From the NCBI GenBank assembly GCA_944350445.1, contig CALVOW010000002.1:5636-69635 (forward strand): a DNA stretch of 64,000 nt, written 5' to 3'. A model generated the notes under the pieces. That model was not told the origin of the DNA and did not search any database. It saw only the letters and a list, made by a program, of their open reading frames with translations. The position numbers and the translations under genes were made by a program. This document shows positions 27,738 to 36,745 of the stretch, piece after piece. The DNA comes from an uncultured Bacilli bacterium (GTDB taxonomy: Bacteria; Bacillota_I; Bacilli_A; RF39; UBA660). Positions within the stretch are counted from its first letter, which is position 1; every line of letters starts with the position of its first letter.

Positions 27738-28385
27738 TTACAACCTCGTTCTTTTTTCCCTAGCGATACCAATTATTTTAACCGGCTTACTTTCTATTTG
27801 TTCTTTGTTAAATCTCATAGCTGGGTATGAATTATTGTATGCTTGCAATGTAATTCCTTCATCATCTAAAAATACCTTTTTAAAGGTTGCGTCATCACCA
27901 TTAACCATAACAGCACAATCTTTCCCGTTGGCTATTTGATAATCTTCTGTTTGTTCAAAAATCACGATGTCTTTGCTTTCATATTTTGGATACATACTAT
28001 CACCAGAAATATATAGACCATAAAATGATTTTCCGCCACGGGTCCACGATCTAGGTATTTCTATATATTCTTTAATATCTTCTTGGGCTTCAATAGGTAT
28101 ACCAGCTTTAATTACACCAAGGACTGGAATTTGAATAGTATCTGAATTGATTTCCATTAAAGTTGCGTTATCAAAATTTAGCGGTGGGAAAAACTCGTTA
28201 ATTGATATTTTAAAATATTCTGCTAATTTGAAAAGAACATCTTGATTTGTTTTTCTATCTCCAATTTCGTATCGAGAAATTGTTTGTGGAGTTGTATCTA
28301 AATATTCTGCTAATTCTTCTTGGGTTAAATTTTTTTTCTCTCTGAGTTCTCTTATCTTATTTCCAATATATTTATTTATATCCAT
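27738..28385 (-). CDS. CI-like repressor (XRE HTH plus S24 LexA-type peptidase domain)
   Basis: Start ATG 28385 after AAGGAGGG. LTQEELAEYLDTTPQTISRYEIGDR is the HTH. The C-terminal GDSMYPKY...FKKV is the S24 Ser/Lys dyad. The long 5' extension in the ORF track was dropped. Confidence 0.85.
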   Translation of the reverse strand: MDINKYIGNKIRELREKKNLTQEELAEYLDTTPQTISRYEIGDRKTNQDVLFKLAEYFKISINEFFPPLNFDNATLMEINSDTIQIPVLGVIKAGIPIEAQEDIKEYIEIPRSWTRGGKSFYGLYISGDSMYPKYESKDIVIFEQTEDYQIANGKDCAVMVNGDDATFKKVFLDDEGITLQAYNNSYPAMRFNKEQIESKPVKIIGIAREKRTRL

Positions 28386-28420
28386 AATTTCCCTCCTTCG
28401 TATATATATTAACACAAAAA

Positions 28421-28492
28421 TCACCAAAATGGAAGAAAAAGTTTCAAAAAAGAAAAAAAAGTATTGACACATCACCAAAATGGTGATAAGAT
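28421..28492. promoter_or_regulatory. Genetic-switch region: operator copies and rightward promoter
   Basis: TCACCAAAATGG at 28421-28432 (half site) and the full inverted repeat TCACCAAAATGGTGA at 28473-28487. These overlap TTGACA (28464-28469), 17 bp, TAAGAT (28487-28492). Confidence 0.65.
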
Positions 28493-28524
28493 TAAATCAC
28501 AAGACAAGATTTGGAGGTGAAAAA

Positions 28525-28752
28525 ATGCAAGAAAAATTGATTTTATTAAGAAAGCAAAATAATGTTTCTCAACGAGAATTGGCAGAATTATTAGGTATAT
28601 CAGCAAAACAATTCAGTGCCAAAGAACTTGGGAAAGCTAAGTTTAATGGCGACGAAATGTTTCAAATAGCAGATTATTTTAATCTCAAAGTTGATAATAT
28701 TTTTTTGCCATCAACTCACCAAAATGGTGAATTGAAAACAAAAGAAGAATAG
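28525..28752 (+). CDS. Cro-like HTH protein
   Basis: MQEKLILLRKQNNVSQRELAELLGISAKQFSAKELGK. ATG 28525 after GGAGGTG. Divergent from the repressor. Confidence 0.75.
   Translation: MQEKLILLRKQNNVSQRELAELLGISAKQFSAKELGKAKFNGDEMFQIADYFNLKVDNIFLPSTHQNGELKTKEE
28716..28730. promoter_or_regulatory. Third operator copy inside the 3' end of cro
   Basis: TCACCAAAATGGTGA, identical to 28473-28487. Confidence 0.5.
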
Positions 28753-28766
28753 GAGAAAATACAAAA

Positions 28767-29027
28767 ATGACTGAAATAAAATTTAAATTAGAAGTAAAAA
28801 ATTTTGAAGAATATCTAGAAAAGTTTGAAAAAATAAAATCACTAGTCGAAGAAGTAAATAAAATGCAATTGAAGGTAGTTGTCGAAGAAGATAACTCTAC
28901 AGATCTAAATAATTGTTTAAAAAAAGAAAATGAAATTATTATACAAAACGAAAATAGTAAAATCACAGTTTATGGAGACACGTTTACAGTAGAATCACCA
29001 GAAATAAATATCACAAGTAGTAAATAA
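28767..29027 (+). CDS. Hypothetical early protein
   Basis: 86-aa ORF with SD, in the co-oriented early operon. Confidence 0.5.
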   Translation: MTEIKFKLEVKNFEEYLEKFEKIKSLVEEVNKMQLKVVVEEDNSTDLNNCLKKENEIIIQNENSKITVYGDTFTVESPEINITSSK

Positions 29028-29044
29028 AAGAAAGGAAAAAGAAA

Positions 29045-29269
29045 ATGAAAAATAAAGTCGGTCAGACAAAAACTAAGGAAGAAATATTAAGTCAAACTTA
29101 TATTACTGCTAAGGATTTAAAAATATTAATACCTGATTTAGGAATTAATAAATGCGTTAAATACATCAGAAATATAGTTGATGAAATGAAAGAAAAAAAT
29201 ATGTTTGTCCCTGAGGGAAAAGCATATTTGGCTCACATTAAATTAGTTAAGAAAAAATTTAATTTATAG
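29045..29269 (+). CDS. Hypothetical small early protein (possibly DNA-binding)
   Basis: 74-aa ORF after GGAAAAAG. Basic. No firm motif. Confidence 0.5.
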   Translation: MKNKVGQTKTKEEILSQTYITAKDLKILIPDLGINKCVKYIRNIVDEMKEKNMFVPEGKAYLAHIKLVKKKFNL

Positions 29270-29279
29270 GAGTGAAAAA

Positions 29280-29501
29280 ATGAAAAGAATAAAATGGAAA
29301 AATGTAACTTATTTGTTGCTATTACTAATTAGCTTAAGTGTAATAATTCATGACTTTTACAAATTAGCACTAGAGCCTATCTTTACCGGTTATTTAAGCA
29401 GTTTAACATGGTTTGGATTAATTACACTAAGTATTAGTTTTCTAGTCTTAGATAAGAGTTTTGGGCAAATAAAAAGTGCATGGATCAGATGCACTAAATA
29501 A
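29280..29501 (+). CDS. Small membrane protein
   Basis: 73 aa, two hydrophobic helices. SD GGAGTG. Confidence 0.5.
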   Translation: MKRIKWKNVTYLLLLLISLSVIIHDFYKLALEPIFTGYLSSLTWFGLITLSISFLVLDKSFGQIKSAWIRCTK

Positions 29502-29590
29502 ATAACTATCAAAAATTATTTACGGCTAGATTATAGCACAAATTTTAAAAATTAGCAAATTGGTTGGTTGAAGACAAGGAGAATAAATAT

Positions 29591-30427
29591 GTGAGAGAAA
29601 GTTTTATATTTTATAAAAGTTTTTATAACGCAATAAGTAAAATAAAAAATAAAGAATTAAAAGCTGATATTTACGATGCTATTTGTGAATTAGGTTTAAA
29701 TGAACATATAGAAGAATTAAATAGTGAAGTTGGACAAATTATTATGGAACTGATCAAGCCACAAATAATTGCCAACAAAGATAAATATGAAAAAGGTCAA
29801 CAAGGTGGAAGACCAAAAGAATATGATGAAGAAAAAATAGAAGATTTAATATTGCAAGGTTATAGCAATAAAGACATTGAAAGAGAAATTGGGTGTAGCG
29901 TTTCTACTATTAAAAATGTAAGGACAAAAACTAGACAAAAACTAGGACAAAAACTGCCAGAAAGTCAAAAACCTAATGTAAATGATAATGATAATGTAAA
30001 TGTTAATGATAATGATATAAAAAAAGAAAATATAAAAGAAAAAAAAGGTAATATAACGATTTTCGGAGAAACTCCTCCAATCGATGGTGATGGTAAACGT
30101 AAAGATATCTCATCTATAAAACATAAATATGGTGAATATAAACACGTCTTACTAACAAATAAAGAATTTGAAACTTTAATCGAAACATATGGAGAAGAAG
30201 AAACAAAACAACTTATCACTTACCTAGACGAATATATCGAGATGAAAGGCTATAAAGCAAAATCACATTATCTTTGTATAAAAAAATGGGTTGTAAAAGC
30301 AGTTAAAGAGCATAGTAAAGATAATCAGCTTAACGAAATGAAAACGCCTAATTGGTTTAACAAAAATATTGAAAAAAAAGAAGAAAATTTAGGGGAATTG
30401 GAAGAAATTTTGAAAGATTTTGAATAG
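29591..30427 (+). CDS. Putative replication/origin-binding protein with HTH (DnaD-like C-terminus)
   Basis: GTG 29591 lies 9 nt after AAGGAG. FIFYKSFYNAI..., an internal HTH (GYSNKDIEREIGCSVSTIKNV), and a C-terminal ...YLDEYIEMKGYKAKSHYLCIKKW typical of phage replisome-organiser-like proteins. Function call is tentative. Confidence 0.45.
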   Translation: MRESFIFYKSFYNAISKIKNKELKADIYDAICELGLNEHIEELNSEVGQIIMELIKPQIIANKDKYEKGQQGGRPKEYDEEKIEDLILQGYSNKDIEREIGCSVSTIKNVRTKTRQKLGQKLPESQKPNVNDNDNVNVNDNDIKKENIKEKKGNITIFGETPPIDGDGKRKDISSIKHKYGEYKHVLLTNKEFETLIETYGEEETKQLITYLDEYIEMKGYKAKSHYLCIKKWVVKAVKEHSKDNQLNEMKTPNWFNKNIEKKEENLGELEEILKDFE

Positions 30428-30442
30428 AAGGAGAAAAAGAAT

Positions 30443-31402
30443 ATGATAAAAAAACCAAGCGATGTAGTTAGTACTACAAAAAAAATGAGATTATTGATTG
30501 CAGGTTTTCCTGGAATAGGGAAAACGACATTAGCATTATCTGCACCAAAACCATTGCATATCGATGTAGATCGTGGAGTAGATAGAGTTCAAGCTAAAAA
30601 TAGATGTGATTTTATTCAACCAGAAACTTACGAAGAATTATTAGAAGATTTAAAAAGTGATTTAAGTGATTATGAAACTTTGGTTTTTGATACTGGTGGC
30701 AAATTACTTGATTTAATGAAACCGTTTGTAATAAGACAAGATAGCAAGAACGGACAAAAAGATGGGCAAACACTTTCAATCAAAGGATATGGAGCAGTAG
30801 GCAAAGAGTTTCAAAGACTTATGGATTATGCTTTCTATCAATTAAACAAAAATGTAGTAGTAATATTTCACGCAAAAGAAGATAAAGACGGAGAAGCTAC
30901 CAAATTAAGAATTTTAGTTGAAGGTAGCACTAAGGACAACGTATGGCAACCGATGGATCTTGGCGGTTTTATGGAAATGTATAACAATAAACGAACCATT
31001 GGGTTTAGTAATTGTGAAAGATATTTCGCGAAAGGCACTCACGGTATTCAAGGAATTATTGAATTACCAAATTTAGATGATCCAAGTGTGCCAAATGACT
31101 TTTTAACAAAATTATTTAATCAAGTAAATCAAAATATTTTAGATGAGCAAAAATATTTTGATGAACAAAAGAAAAAGTATGAAGAAGTAATGAATGAAGT
31201 AGTACCAGTAATTGACTCAATGACACTTGAAACAGTAGATGAAGTTGTTGAGAAAATGAAAACAATAAATCATGTATTAACTTCTGAAAAAGAATTAAAA
31301 CATAAATTTAAAGAAAAAATACTGGAATTAAATTTAGTTTGGAATAAAGAATTAAAAAAATATGAAAAGAAAGTAGAAGAGGTAAAACAAGATGAGTGCT
31401 AA
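30443..31402 (+). CDS. Sak4-like AAA/RecA-type ATPase (AAA_24)
   Basis: Walker A LLIAGFPGIGKTTLA and Walker B LVFDTGG. Sits in the phage recombination module. Confidence 0.7.
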   Translation: MIKKPSDVVSTTKKMRLLIAGFPGIGKTTLALSAPKPLHIDVDRGVDRVQAKNRCDFIQPETYEELLEDLKSDLSDYETLVFDTGGKLLDLMKPFVIRQDSKNGQKDGQTLSIKGYGAVGKEFQRLMDYAFYQLNKNVVVIFHAKEDKDGEATKLRILVEGSTKDNVWQPMDLGGFMEMYNNKRTIGFSNCERYFAKGTHGIQGIIELPNLDDPSVPNDFLTKLFNQVNQNILDEQKYFDEQKKKYEEVMNEVVPVIDSMTLETVDEVVEKMKTINHVLTSEKELKHKFKEKILELNLVWNKELKKYEKKVEEVKQDEC

Positions 31403-31431
31403 AGAGATGTTTGAAGAATTGGGGTGGCTAA

Positions 31432-32004
31432 ATGAGTAAATATCTTATTACACCTTCACTTTTAAATAGTTGGAGATATGCAATTAGCCCAGAAAATGAT
31501 TATGGTAACCTAGAAGACTTTAAGAAAGTTCTTTCTAGGGAACCAATGGAAGAAACTGAAGCTATTAGAATTGGTTTTGAATATGAAGATTTTATGATTA
31601 AAAATTACGAACAAACTAAAAATGGTTGTTACCAAGTAAAATTATCAAAAGATATTGTTACTAAAACGGGAGTTTATGTTTTGTACGGAAGACTTGATTG
31701 TTTGAAGGCTGGAAAAATTTATGATTATAAATATACGGGTAGTTATGATGTAGGAAAATTTTTTAACAATTATCAAACAGCAATTTATTTGGATTTAGCC
31801 CCAGAAGCATTCGAAATGGAATATTTAATTTGTAATAACTATAAAGCTGGGAAAAAAATTGAAGAACTCAATATTTACCATGAAACGTATACAAGAAAAG
31901 AGGTAAATATTGATTTAGGATACGAAATAGATTGTTTTATTTATTGGTTAAAAGCAAACAATTTATATTCTATTTTTTGCGACAAATGGGAAAGTAAATT
32001 TTAA
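31432..32004 (+). CDS. Putative PD-(D/E)XK nuclease
   Basis: ...YGRLDCLKAGKIYDYKYTG fits a D...D-x-K arrangement. Lies between the Sak4-like ATPase and SSB. Tentative. Confidence 0.4.
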   Translation: MSKYLITPSLLNSWRYAISPENDYGNLEDFKKVLSREPMEETEAIRIGFEYEDFMIKNYEQTKNGCYQVKLSKDIVTKTGVYVLYGRLDCLKAGKIYDYKYTGSYDVGKFFNNYQTAIYLDLAPEAFEMEYLICNNYKAGKKIEELNIYHETYTRKEVNIDLGYEIDCFIYWLKANNLYSIFCDKWESKF

Positions 32005-32015
32005 GGAGACAGAAA

Positions 32016-32234
32016 ATGATTGAATTAGAAAAAGATATTAGAGATGTTCAATTTCAATTAAGTGAAGAAGATCAAAAAATAACCACTTACAAAACTGCGA
32101 GTTTCAATGATTTGTTAGATTTGTTAGATAGTAAAAACTACGAGATAGATCAATTAGAAACCGAAATAAGTGATTTAAAAAGTGATCTAGAAGAAAATTA
32201 TAGACCTATTTCAAGAGAGGAAGAATTATCGTGA
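32016..32234 (+). CDS. Hypothetical coiled-coil protein
   Basis: 72-aa ORF with SD GGAGA. Confidence 0.5.
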   Translation: MIELEKDIRDVQFQLSEEDQKITTYKTASFNDLLDLLDSKNYEIDQLETEISDLKSDLEENYRPISREEELS

Positions 32235-32692
32235 ATAAAGTATTTTTGATAGGAAGATTAACAAAAGATCCAGAGATTAGATACAATTATCAAAATATAG
32301 CTATAACTAGATTTACACTTGCAGTTGCTAGAACTAAACAAAAAGATAGAGAAGAAGAGACAGATTTTATTAGTTGTGTTTGTTTTAATAATCAAGCAAA
32401 GAATTTTGTAAAATATCAAAAAAAAGGTAATTTAGTAGCACTTTTTGGAAGAATTAGAACAGCTTTTTATGATGATGAGAAAACAAATAAAAGAGTATAT
32501 ACAACTGACGTAGTTGCTGACGAAATCAAATATTTAAGTTTTAAAGAGGAAAACCAAACTCAAATAAATCAAAACGTTAATAATCAAATTGTTGAAGGAA
32601 ACGAAAAATATAGTCAGCTATCAGCTAAAACAGTTATGAACGAAGACTATAATCAAGAATTACGAATAACTGATGATGATTTACCATTTTAG
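32231..32692 (+). CDS. ssb: Phage single-stranded DNA-binding protein
   Basis: GTG start. MNKVFLIGRLTKDPE..., OB-fold pattern, and acidic C-terminal tip DDDLPF. Confidence 0.85.
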   Translation: MNKVFLIGRLTKDPEIRYNYQNIAITRFTLAVARTKQKDREEETDFISCVCFNNQAKNFVKYQKKGNLVALFGRIRTAFYDDEKTNKRVYTTDVVADEIKYLSFKEENQTQINQNVNNQIVEGNEKYSQLSAKTVMNEDYNQELRITDDDLPF

Positions 32693-32708
32693 AATGTAAG
32701 GAGAGAAT

Positions 32709-33185
32709 ATGAAAGAAATAAAATTTAAAGATTTAGATTGGTATGTAATTGAAGAGACTGATGATTCGGTTAAATTGCTTTTAAAAAATGTTTTAGACGA
32801 GGGAAGAATTGAAAAATATTCAAACGACGATTGGTATGTTGATAGTTGCGAAGTAAGACTAACTAATGATGTAAAACCACCATTCGATTGGGAAAAATCC
32901 TATGTAAAAAATATTATTTTAGAAAATTTCAAAAATGATTTAGGAATTGAATGTGATATTACTATTCCTAGTAAAGAATATATTGAGAAATTACCTATCG
33001 AAATTAGAAAATGTAATTGTTGGTATTGGACTAATACGCCTTCGTACTTCAATGCTGCGGGTGCTCATGCTCGCGTGTATAACGTCTATCCGACGGGCGA
33101 GTTGATTCAATGGTACTACGTCACGGACTCGAACGGTGTCCGTCCAATTATAACCTTAAAAAAAGAATTATGTACGGAACTATAA
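32709..33185 (+). CDS. Hypothetical protein with G+C-rich 3' segment
   Basis: 158-aa ORF with SD AGGAGAG. The C-terminal ...NAAGAHARVYNVYPTGELIQWYYVTDSNGVRPII is encoded by a compositionally atypical stretch. Confidence 0.55.
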   Translation: MKEIKFKDLDWYVIEETDDSVKLLLKNVLDEGRIEKYSNDDWYVDSCEVRLTNDVKPPFDWEKSYVKNIILENFKNDLGIECDITIPSKEYIEKLPIEIRKCNCWYWTNTPSYFNAAGAHARVYNVYPTGELIQWYYVTDSNGVRPIITLKKELCTEL

Positions 33186-33622
33186 AAGAATTAATCCCAA
33201 AAATGATGGACTTAGATCCAAACAAAATTTATGAAATCAAAGAAAAACCAAATCAAAAAACAGCGCAACAAAATAGAGGGCTTTGGGAAATGATACATAA
33301 AATTGCGAAATATGAAGAGATGGATGATATGGACGTGTATTGCGCAGTTTTAGAAAAGGCTGATGCTAAGAGTGATTACATAATTACAGCTGAGGATAGA
33401 GCAGAGGATTTAAGAAAGTCATTTCGGGGAGTTAAATTCATAAGAATGCAGGAAGTGAATGGAAAAGACTGTTATGTTTATAAAGTCTGTTTAGGTAGTT
33501 CAAAAATGAATCGGAAAGAGTTATCAGAGTTATTGGAAATAGTAAATTATTTAGCAGCCGAAAGAGGAATACCTACGATAGAAGATTACAATTATGAAAG
33601 ATTTTATGGGAGAAAGATATGA
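33170..33622 (+). CDS. NinB/Orf-like recombination mediator (tentative)
   Basis: ATG 33170. ...KTAQQNRGLWEMIHKIA resembles the NinB motif (SLDQNRKLWACLGDV). Confidence 0.4.
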   Translation: MYGTIKELIPKMMDLDPNKIYEIKEKPNQKTAQQNRGLWEMIHKIAKYEEMDDMDVYCAVLEKADAKSDYIITAEDRAEDLRKSFRGVKFIRMQEVNGKDCYVYKVCLGSSKMNRKELSELLEIVNYLAAERGIPTIEDYNYERFYGRKI

Positions 33623-33897
33623 AACAATTGGACATTTATGGAAATGAAGTAGATCTAAAAGAGCTAGATCCAAAACCGCTTGAAAAACAAGGCGGAAGAA
33701 TAACTTTGAAGAGTTGGTTTAGAAACTGTTACGGTTATAGACAAGGCTTTTATTGCAAGAATTGTAAATTCTTTGAAAGCAAAACCGGAAGAGAAAAAAC
33801 ATGTTACAAATGCACCAAAATGAGTACTTCATCAAACAAAGAGACTGACATAAGAAAAAATGATATTGCTTGTAATTTGTACGAGGCAAAGCCATGA
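33619..33897 (+). CDS. Cys-rich small protein
   Basis: 92 aa containing CKNCKF...CYKC. Start overlaps the upstream stop. Confidence 0.5.
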   Translation: MKQLDIYGNEVDLKELDPKPLEKQGGRITLKSWFRNCYGYRQGFYCKNCKFFESKTGREKTCYKCTKMSTSSNKETDIRKNDIACNLYEAKP

Positions 33898-34241
33898 TAA
33901 AAATATTGAATGAAATAGAATTTTTAAAACAAACGAGAGCGTTAAAAAAATATTTTATGAAAGCCTATAAACAATTTATTTTTGAAGTTATTCCTGAAAT
34001 AAAAAAACAAACCAAAAGAGATGGTTATTATTATACTACACTCGATATTGATGATGTATTTAATAAAATTTATGGAGAATTAAGAATTAATTATATAGTA
34101 AAAAATGGTATAGCCTATATAGAAAATTTTGAGCCACAAAAAATGTTGTTAGATATGTATTTTGGCTTATTACCGACTTATAAAGGAATACCTTATAGAA
34201 ATCAAAGAGATTTATTTAAGATTAAAATATTGAAAGGATAA
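33894..34241 (+). CDS. Hypothetical phage protein
   Basis: 115-aa ORF, translationally coupled (ATGA overlap). Confidence 0.5.
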   Translation: MIKILNEIEFLKQTRALKKYFMKAYKQFIFEVIPEIKKQTKRDGYYYTTLDIDDVFNKIYGELRINYIVKNGIAYIENFEPQKMLLDMYFGLLPTYKGIPYRNQRDLFKIKILKG

Positions 34242-34245
34242 TATT

Positions 34246-34596
34246 ATGAATGTGGATAGTTATAACGAAGTAATTTTTGGCAAAGATACTTGCAAAGAAA
34301 TAGCAAGAGTTTTAAAAGAAGGTAAAAATATAATAATTGGCTTTACTGACGAAGAGTATGAGCATATAGATATATTTTTCTCTTATATGAATACTAAAAA
34401 AACTGGTTATATTCAAAGAGGCATAAATGAATTTGATTTATTCGTTGGCATTGTTCCAAATAAATTTTATGGGTTTAGAGCAGATACTGAAAAATCAAAG
34501 GGATATATTGGAGAAAAATTAAATATTAGTTATGAGCCAATGCTTACTAAATTAACAGATTTAATTAATGGAATTTGTAGAGAATTAAAGGAGTAA
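34246..34596 (+). CDS. Hypothetical phage protein
   Basis: 116-aa ORF in the operon. Confidence 0.5.
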   Translation: MNVDSYNEVIFGKDTCKEIARVLKEGKNIIIGFTDEEYEHIDIFFSYMNTKKTGYIQRGINEFDLFVGIVPNKFYGFRADTEKSKGYIGEKLNISYEPMLTKLTDLINGICRELKE

Positions 34597-34598
34597 AA

Positions 34599-35135
34599 AT
34601 GGAAAAAAGAAATAACGAAAAGATGGGGGTTATTTCTTGGTTGATTAATTTTAAAAGTTTGCGTGAAGAATATTTCGAAATGTTAAGTGATTCAGAAAAG
34701 TCGAAAATGGATGTTGAAAATGCGAAAAAGGAAAGCAAGAAAGTGCGAGATGTTTTAGAAGCTGAAATAGAAAATTTAAACATCGAATTAAAAAGGACTA
34801 AAAATCAATTATCTAGTAAATCGCAAAGAGTTTATGATTTAGAAAATGCTATTCAAGAAAGAAATAAAGAAATACAAGAATTACATCATGAACTATCAAG
34901 AAAAAATTTACAGTTGGATAAAAAAATTAAAGCATTTAATAAAATAAGAGGAGCAGTCGGTGGTTATCAAAAACAAATTAATAAGTTATGTAAAGAGTTA
35001 GATTTATCCAAAAATAAAATAATTTTTTTAGAAAAAAGAGTTCCAAAAAAATCGTTTGAAGAGTTAAAGGCTTACGAATTCGGAAGACGTGAAGTTTTGA
35101 GAAGAAATAAGGAAGTTAGAAATGAAAAAGTTTAA
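34599..35135 (+). CDS. Coiled-coil phage protein
   Basis: 178 aa, heptad-rich and K/E-rich. SD AGGAG. Confidence 0.5.
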   Translation: MEKRNNEKMGVISWLINFKSLREEYFEMLSDSEKSKMDVENAKKESKKVRDVLEAEIENLNIELKRTKNQLSSKSQRVYDLENAIQERNKEIQELHHELSRKNLQLDKKIKAFNKIRGAVGGYQKQINKLCKELDLSKNKIIFLEKRVPKKSFEELKAYEFGRREVLRRNKEVRNEKV

Positions 35136-35195
35136 TTTAATAGCAAAAATAATATTGTTAGCATTATTGATTTTAATAGTTTGGGGAGTGATAGG

Positions 35196-35588
35196 ATGAA
35201 ACAAATGAAATACAATACAAAAAGAATAATCGAAGTATTAGATAGTGGGACTTGCTTTGGATATAATTATTATATTTTAAATTTAGGAACTCATCCGACA
35301 GCTTATGTTGAAATACCAAAATATCACAAATTTTATAGAAAGCATTATGACGAAATAAGTATAGATGTTCACGGGGGGTTGACTTACAGCAAAGATAAAT
35401 TGTTTTTAGGAAAAGAAAACAAAGAAAATAGTTGGTTTATAGGTTGGGACTACGCGCACCTTGGAGATTTTTCTGGTTTTGAAATGTTATTTTCTAATTT
35501 TTCAAATAATGAAGACAAAAAATGGACTACCGAAGAAATTCAAGCAGATGTATTTGATGTATGCAAACAATTAAAAGAATGGAGATAA
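35196..35588 (+). CDS. Hypothetical phage protein
   Basis: ATG 35196 after GGGGAG..AGG. 130 aa. Confidence 0.5.
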   Translation: MKQMKYNTKRIIEVLDSGTCFGYNYYILNLGTHPTAYVEIPKYHKFYRKHYDEISIDVHGGLTYSKDKLFLGKENKENSWFIGWDYAHLGDFSGFEMLFSNFSNNEDKKWTTEEIQADVFDVCKQLKEWR

Positions 35589-35654
35589 ATAGATGACAAT
35601 TAATGAATTTAAAAAAATAATAGATAAAGCATATAGAAGAACTGGGGTGGAATA

Positions 35655-35840
35655 ATGGATAAAGAATTATTAAAGGTAAAAGATTTGCCTACTGGTGCGA
35701 TAATTTTGAAAGGTAAAATGATTTTAGGGATAACAAAAGCAACCTTGCCCCAAAAATATTATGATTATTATTGTACGAAAGTGTCAGAAGATAATGAATT
35801 TGATTATGAATTAGATAAAAGGGTTGAAGAGGTGAAATAA
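35655..35840 (+). CDS. Hypothetical phage protein
   Basis: 61-aa ORF with SD GGGGTGG. Confidence 0.45.
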   Translation: MDKELLKVKDLPTGAIILKGKMILGITKATLPQKYYDYYCTKVSEDNEFDYELDKRVEEVK

Positions 35841-36086
35841 ATGAGTATATATGAATCAAATATAACCAACCCTAAAAAACAATTAGAGTTCTATAAAGAT
35901 TTATCAGAACAACTACAACAAGAAAATCAAAAATACAAAGAAGTAATAAATAAATTGAGAGAAGATTTAAATTTATTAATCAAATACGGTGATGGTGAAG
36001 ATGCTTCTAGATGGGATAAGCAATATGGAGAATTTGCTAAAAATCATTTGAAATATATGGACGAACTTTTGAAAGAGGTGAAATAA
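35841..36086 (+). CDS. Hypothetical phage protein
   Basis: 81-aa ORF with SD GAGGTG. Confidence 0.5.
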   Translation: MSIYESNITNPKKQLEFYKDLSEQLQQENQKYKEVINKLREDLNLLIKYGDGEDASRWDKQYGEFAKNHLKYMDELLKEVK

Positions 36087-36458
36087 ATGGATGTAAAAGA
36101 ATTTGATGAATTAATAAATGCACTACCTAAAGTGAAAATCGATGAACCCATATCATCAATGAATAGCATAAATATTGAAGATTTAAGAAATGCAGTAGAA
36201 AGATTAAAAAAAATTCCAACTTATCAAGATTTACTTAAAGAAAATCAAGAATTAAAGAAACAACTTGAAGAAGAAAGAAAAAAAGTAAGTGAATATTCTT
36301 ATAAGTTATCTAACTTTAGATGTGAAGAAACTTATGAAACTCAACAAAAAGAGTTTATCGAGTATTTAGAAAATATGCTAGACAATGAAAATGATATATT
36401 TTCACTAGTTAGAGTAAAAGATGTTTTATCAAAATATAAAGAAATAACAGGAGAATAA
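36087..36458 (+). CDS. Hypothetical phage protein
   Basis: 123-aa ORF with SD GAGGTG. The preceding gene has the same ...EVK* GAGGTGAAATAAATG junction. Confidence 0.5.
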   Translation: MDVKEFDELINALPKVKIDEPISSMNSINIEDLRNAVERLKKIPTYQDLLKENQELKKQLEEERKKVSEYSYKLSNFRCEETYETQQKEFIEYLENMLDNENDIFSLVRVKDVLSKYKEITGE

Positions 36459-36460
36459 AA

Positions 36461-36745
36461 ATGAATAATAGATTAAAAAATTTTATTTTTGAGTTCAATA
36501 ATCTATGCAGAAAGGACAATAGAATAGAAAGTTGGGCTGTATATGCCAATGAATTTATGAGGATAAGAATAGATATTAATTTTATTGATTATAATAACAA
36601 GATTTATGATTATCATATTGAAGAAAGTATGGATTATCTTATTTATATGGATAACAATGAACTAAAAAGATATGCAATATACATTTTTGACAATTCGCAA
36701 AGATCTTTTGAAACTAAAGAAATAATAGGAGTAGATAATGAATAA
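36461..36745 (+). CDS. Hypothetical phage protein
   Basis: 94-aa ORF with SD GGAGAA. Confidence 0.5.
   Translation: MNNRLKNFIFEFNNLCRKDNRIESWAVYANEFMRIRIDINFIDYNNKIYDYHIEESMDYLIYMDNNELKRYAIYIFDNSQRSFETKEIIGVDNE

Noticed and set aside
33040-33146. The G+C-rich patch as the variable region of a diversity-generating retroelement.
   Set aside because: No reverse transcriptase gene and no second (template) copy of the patch were seen anywhere in the window.
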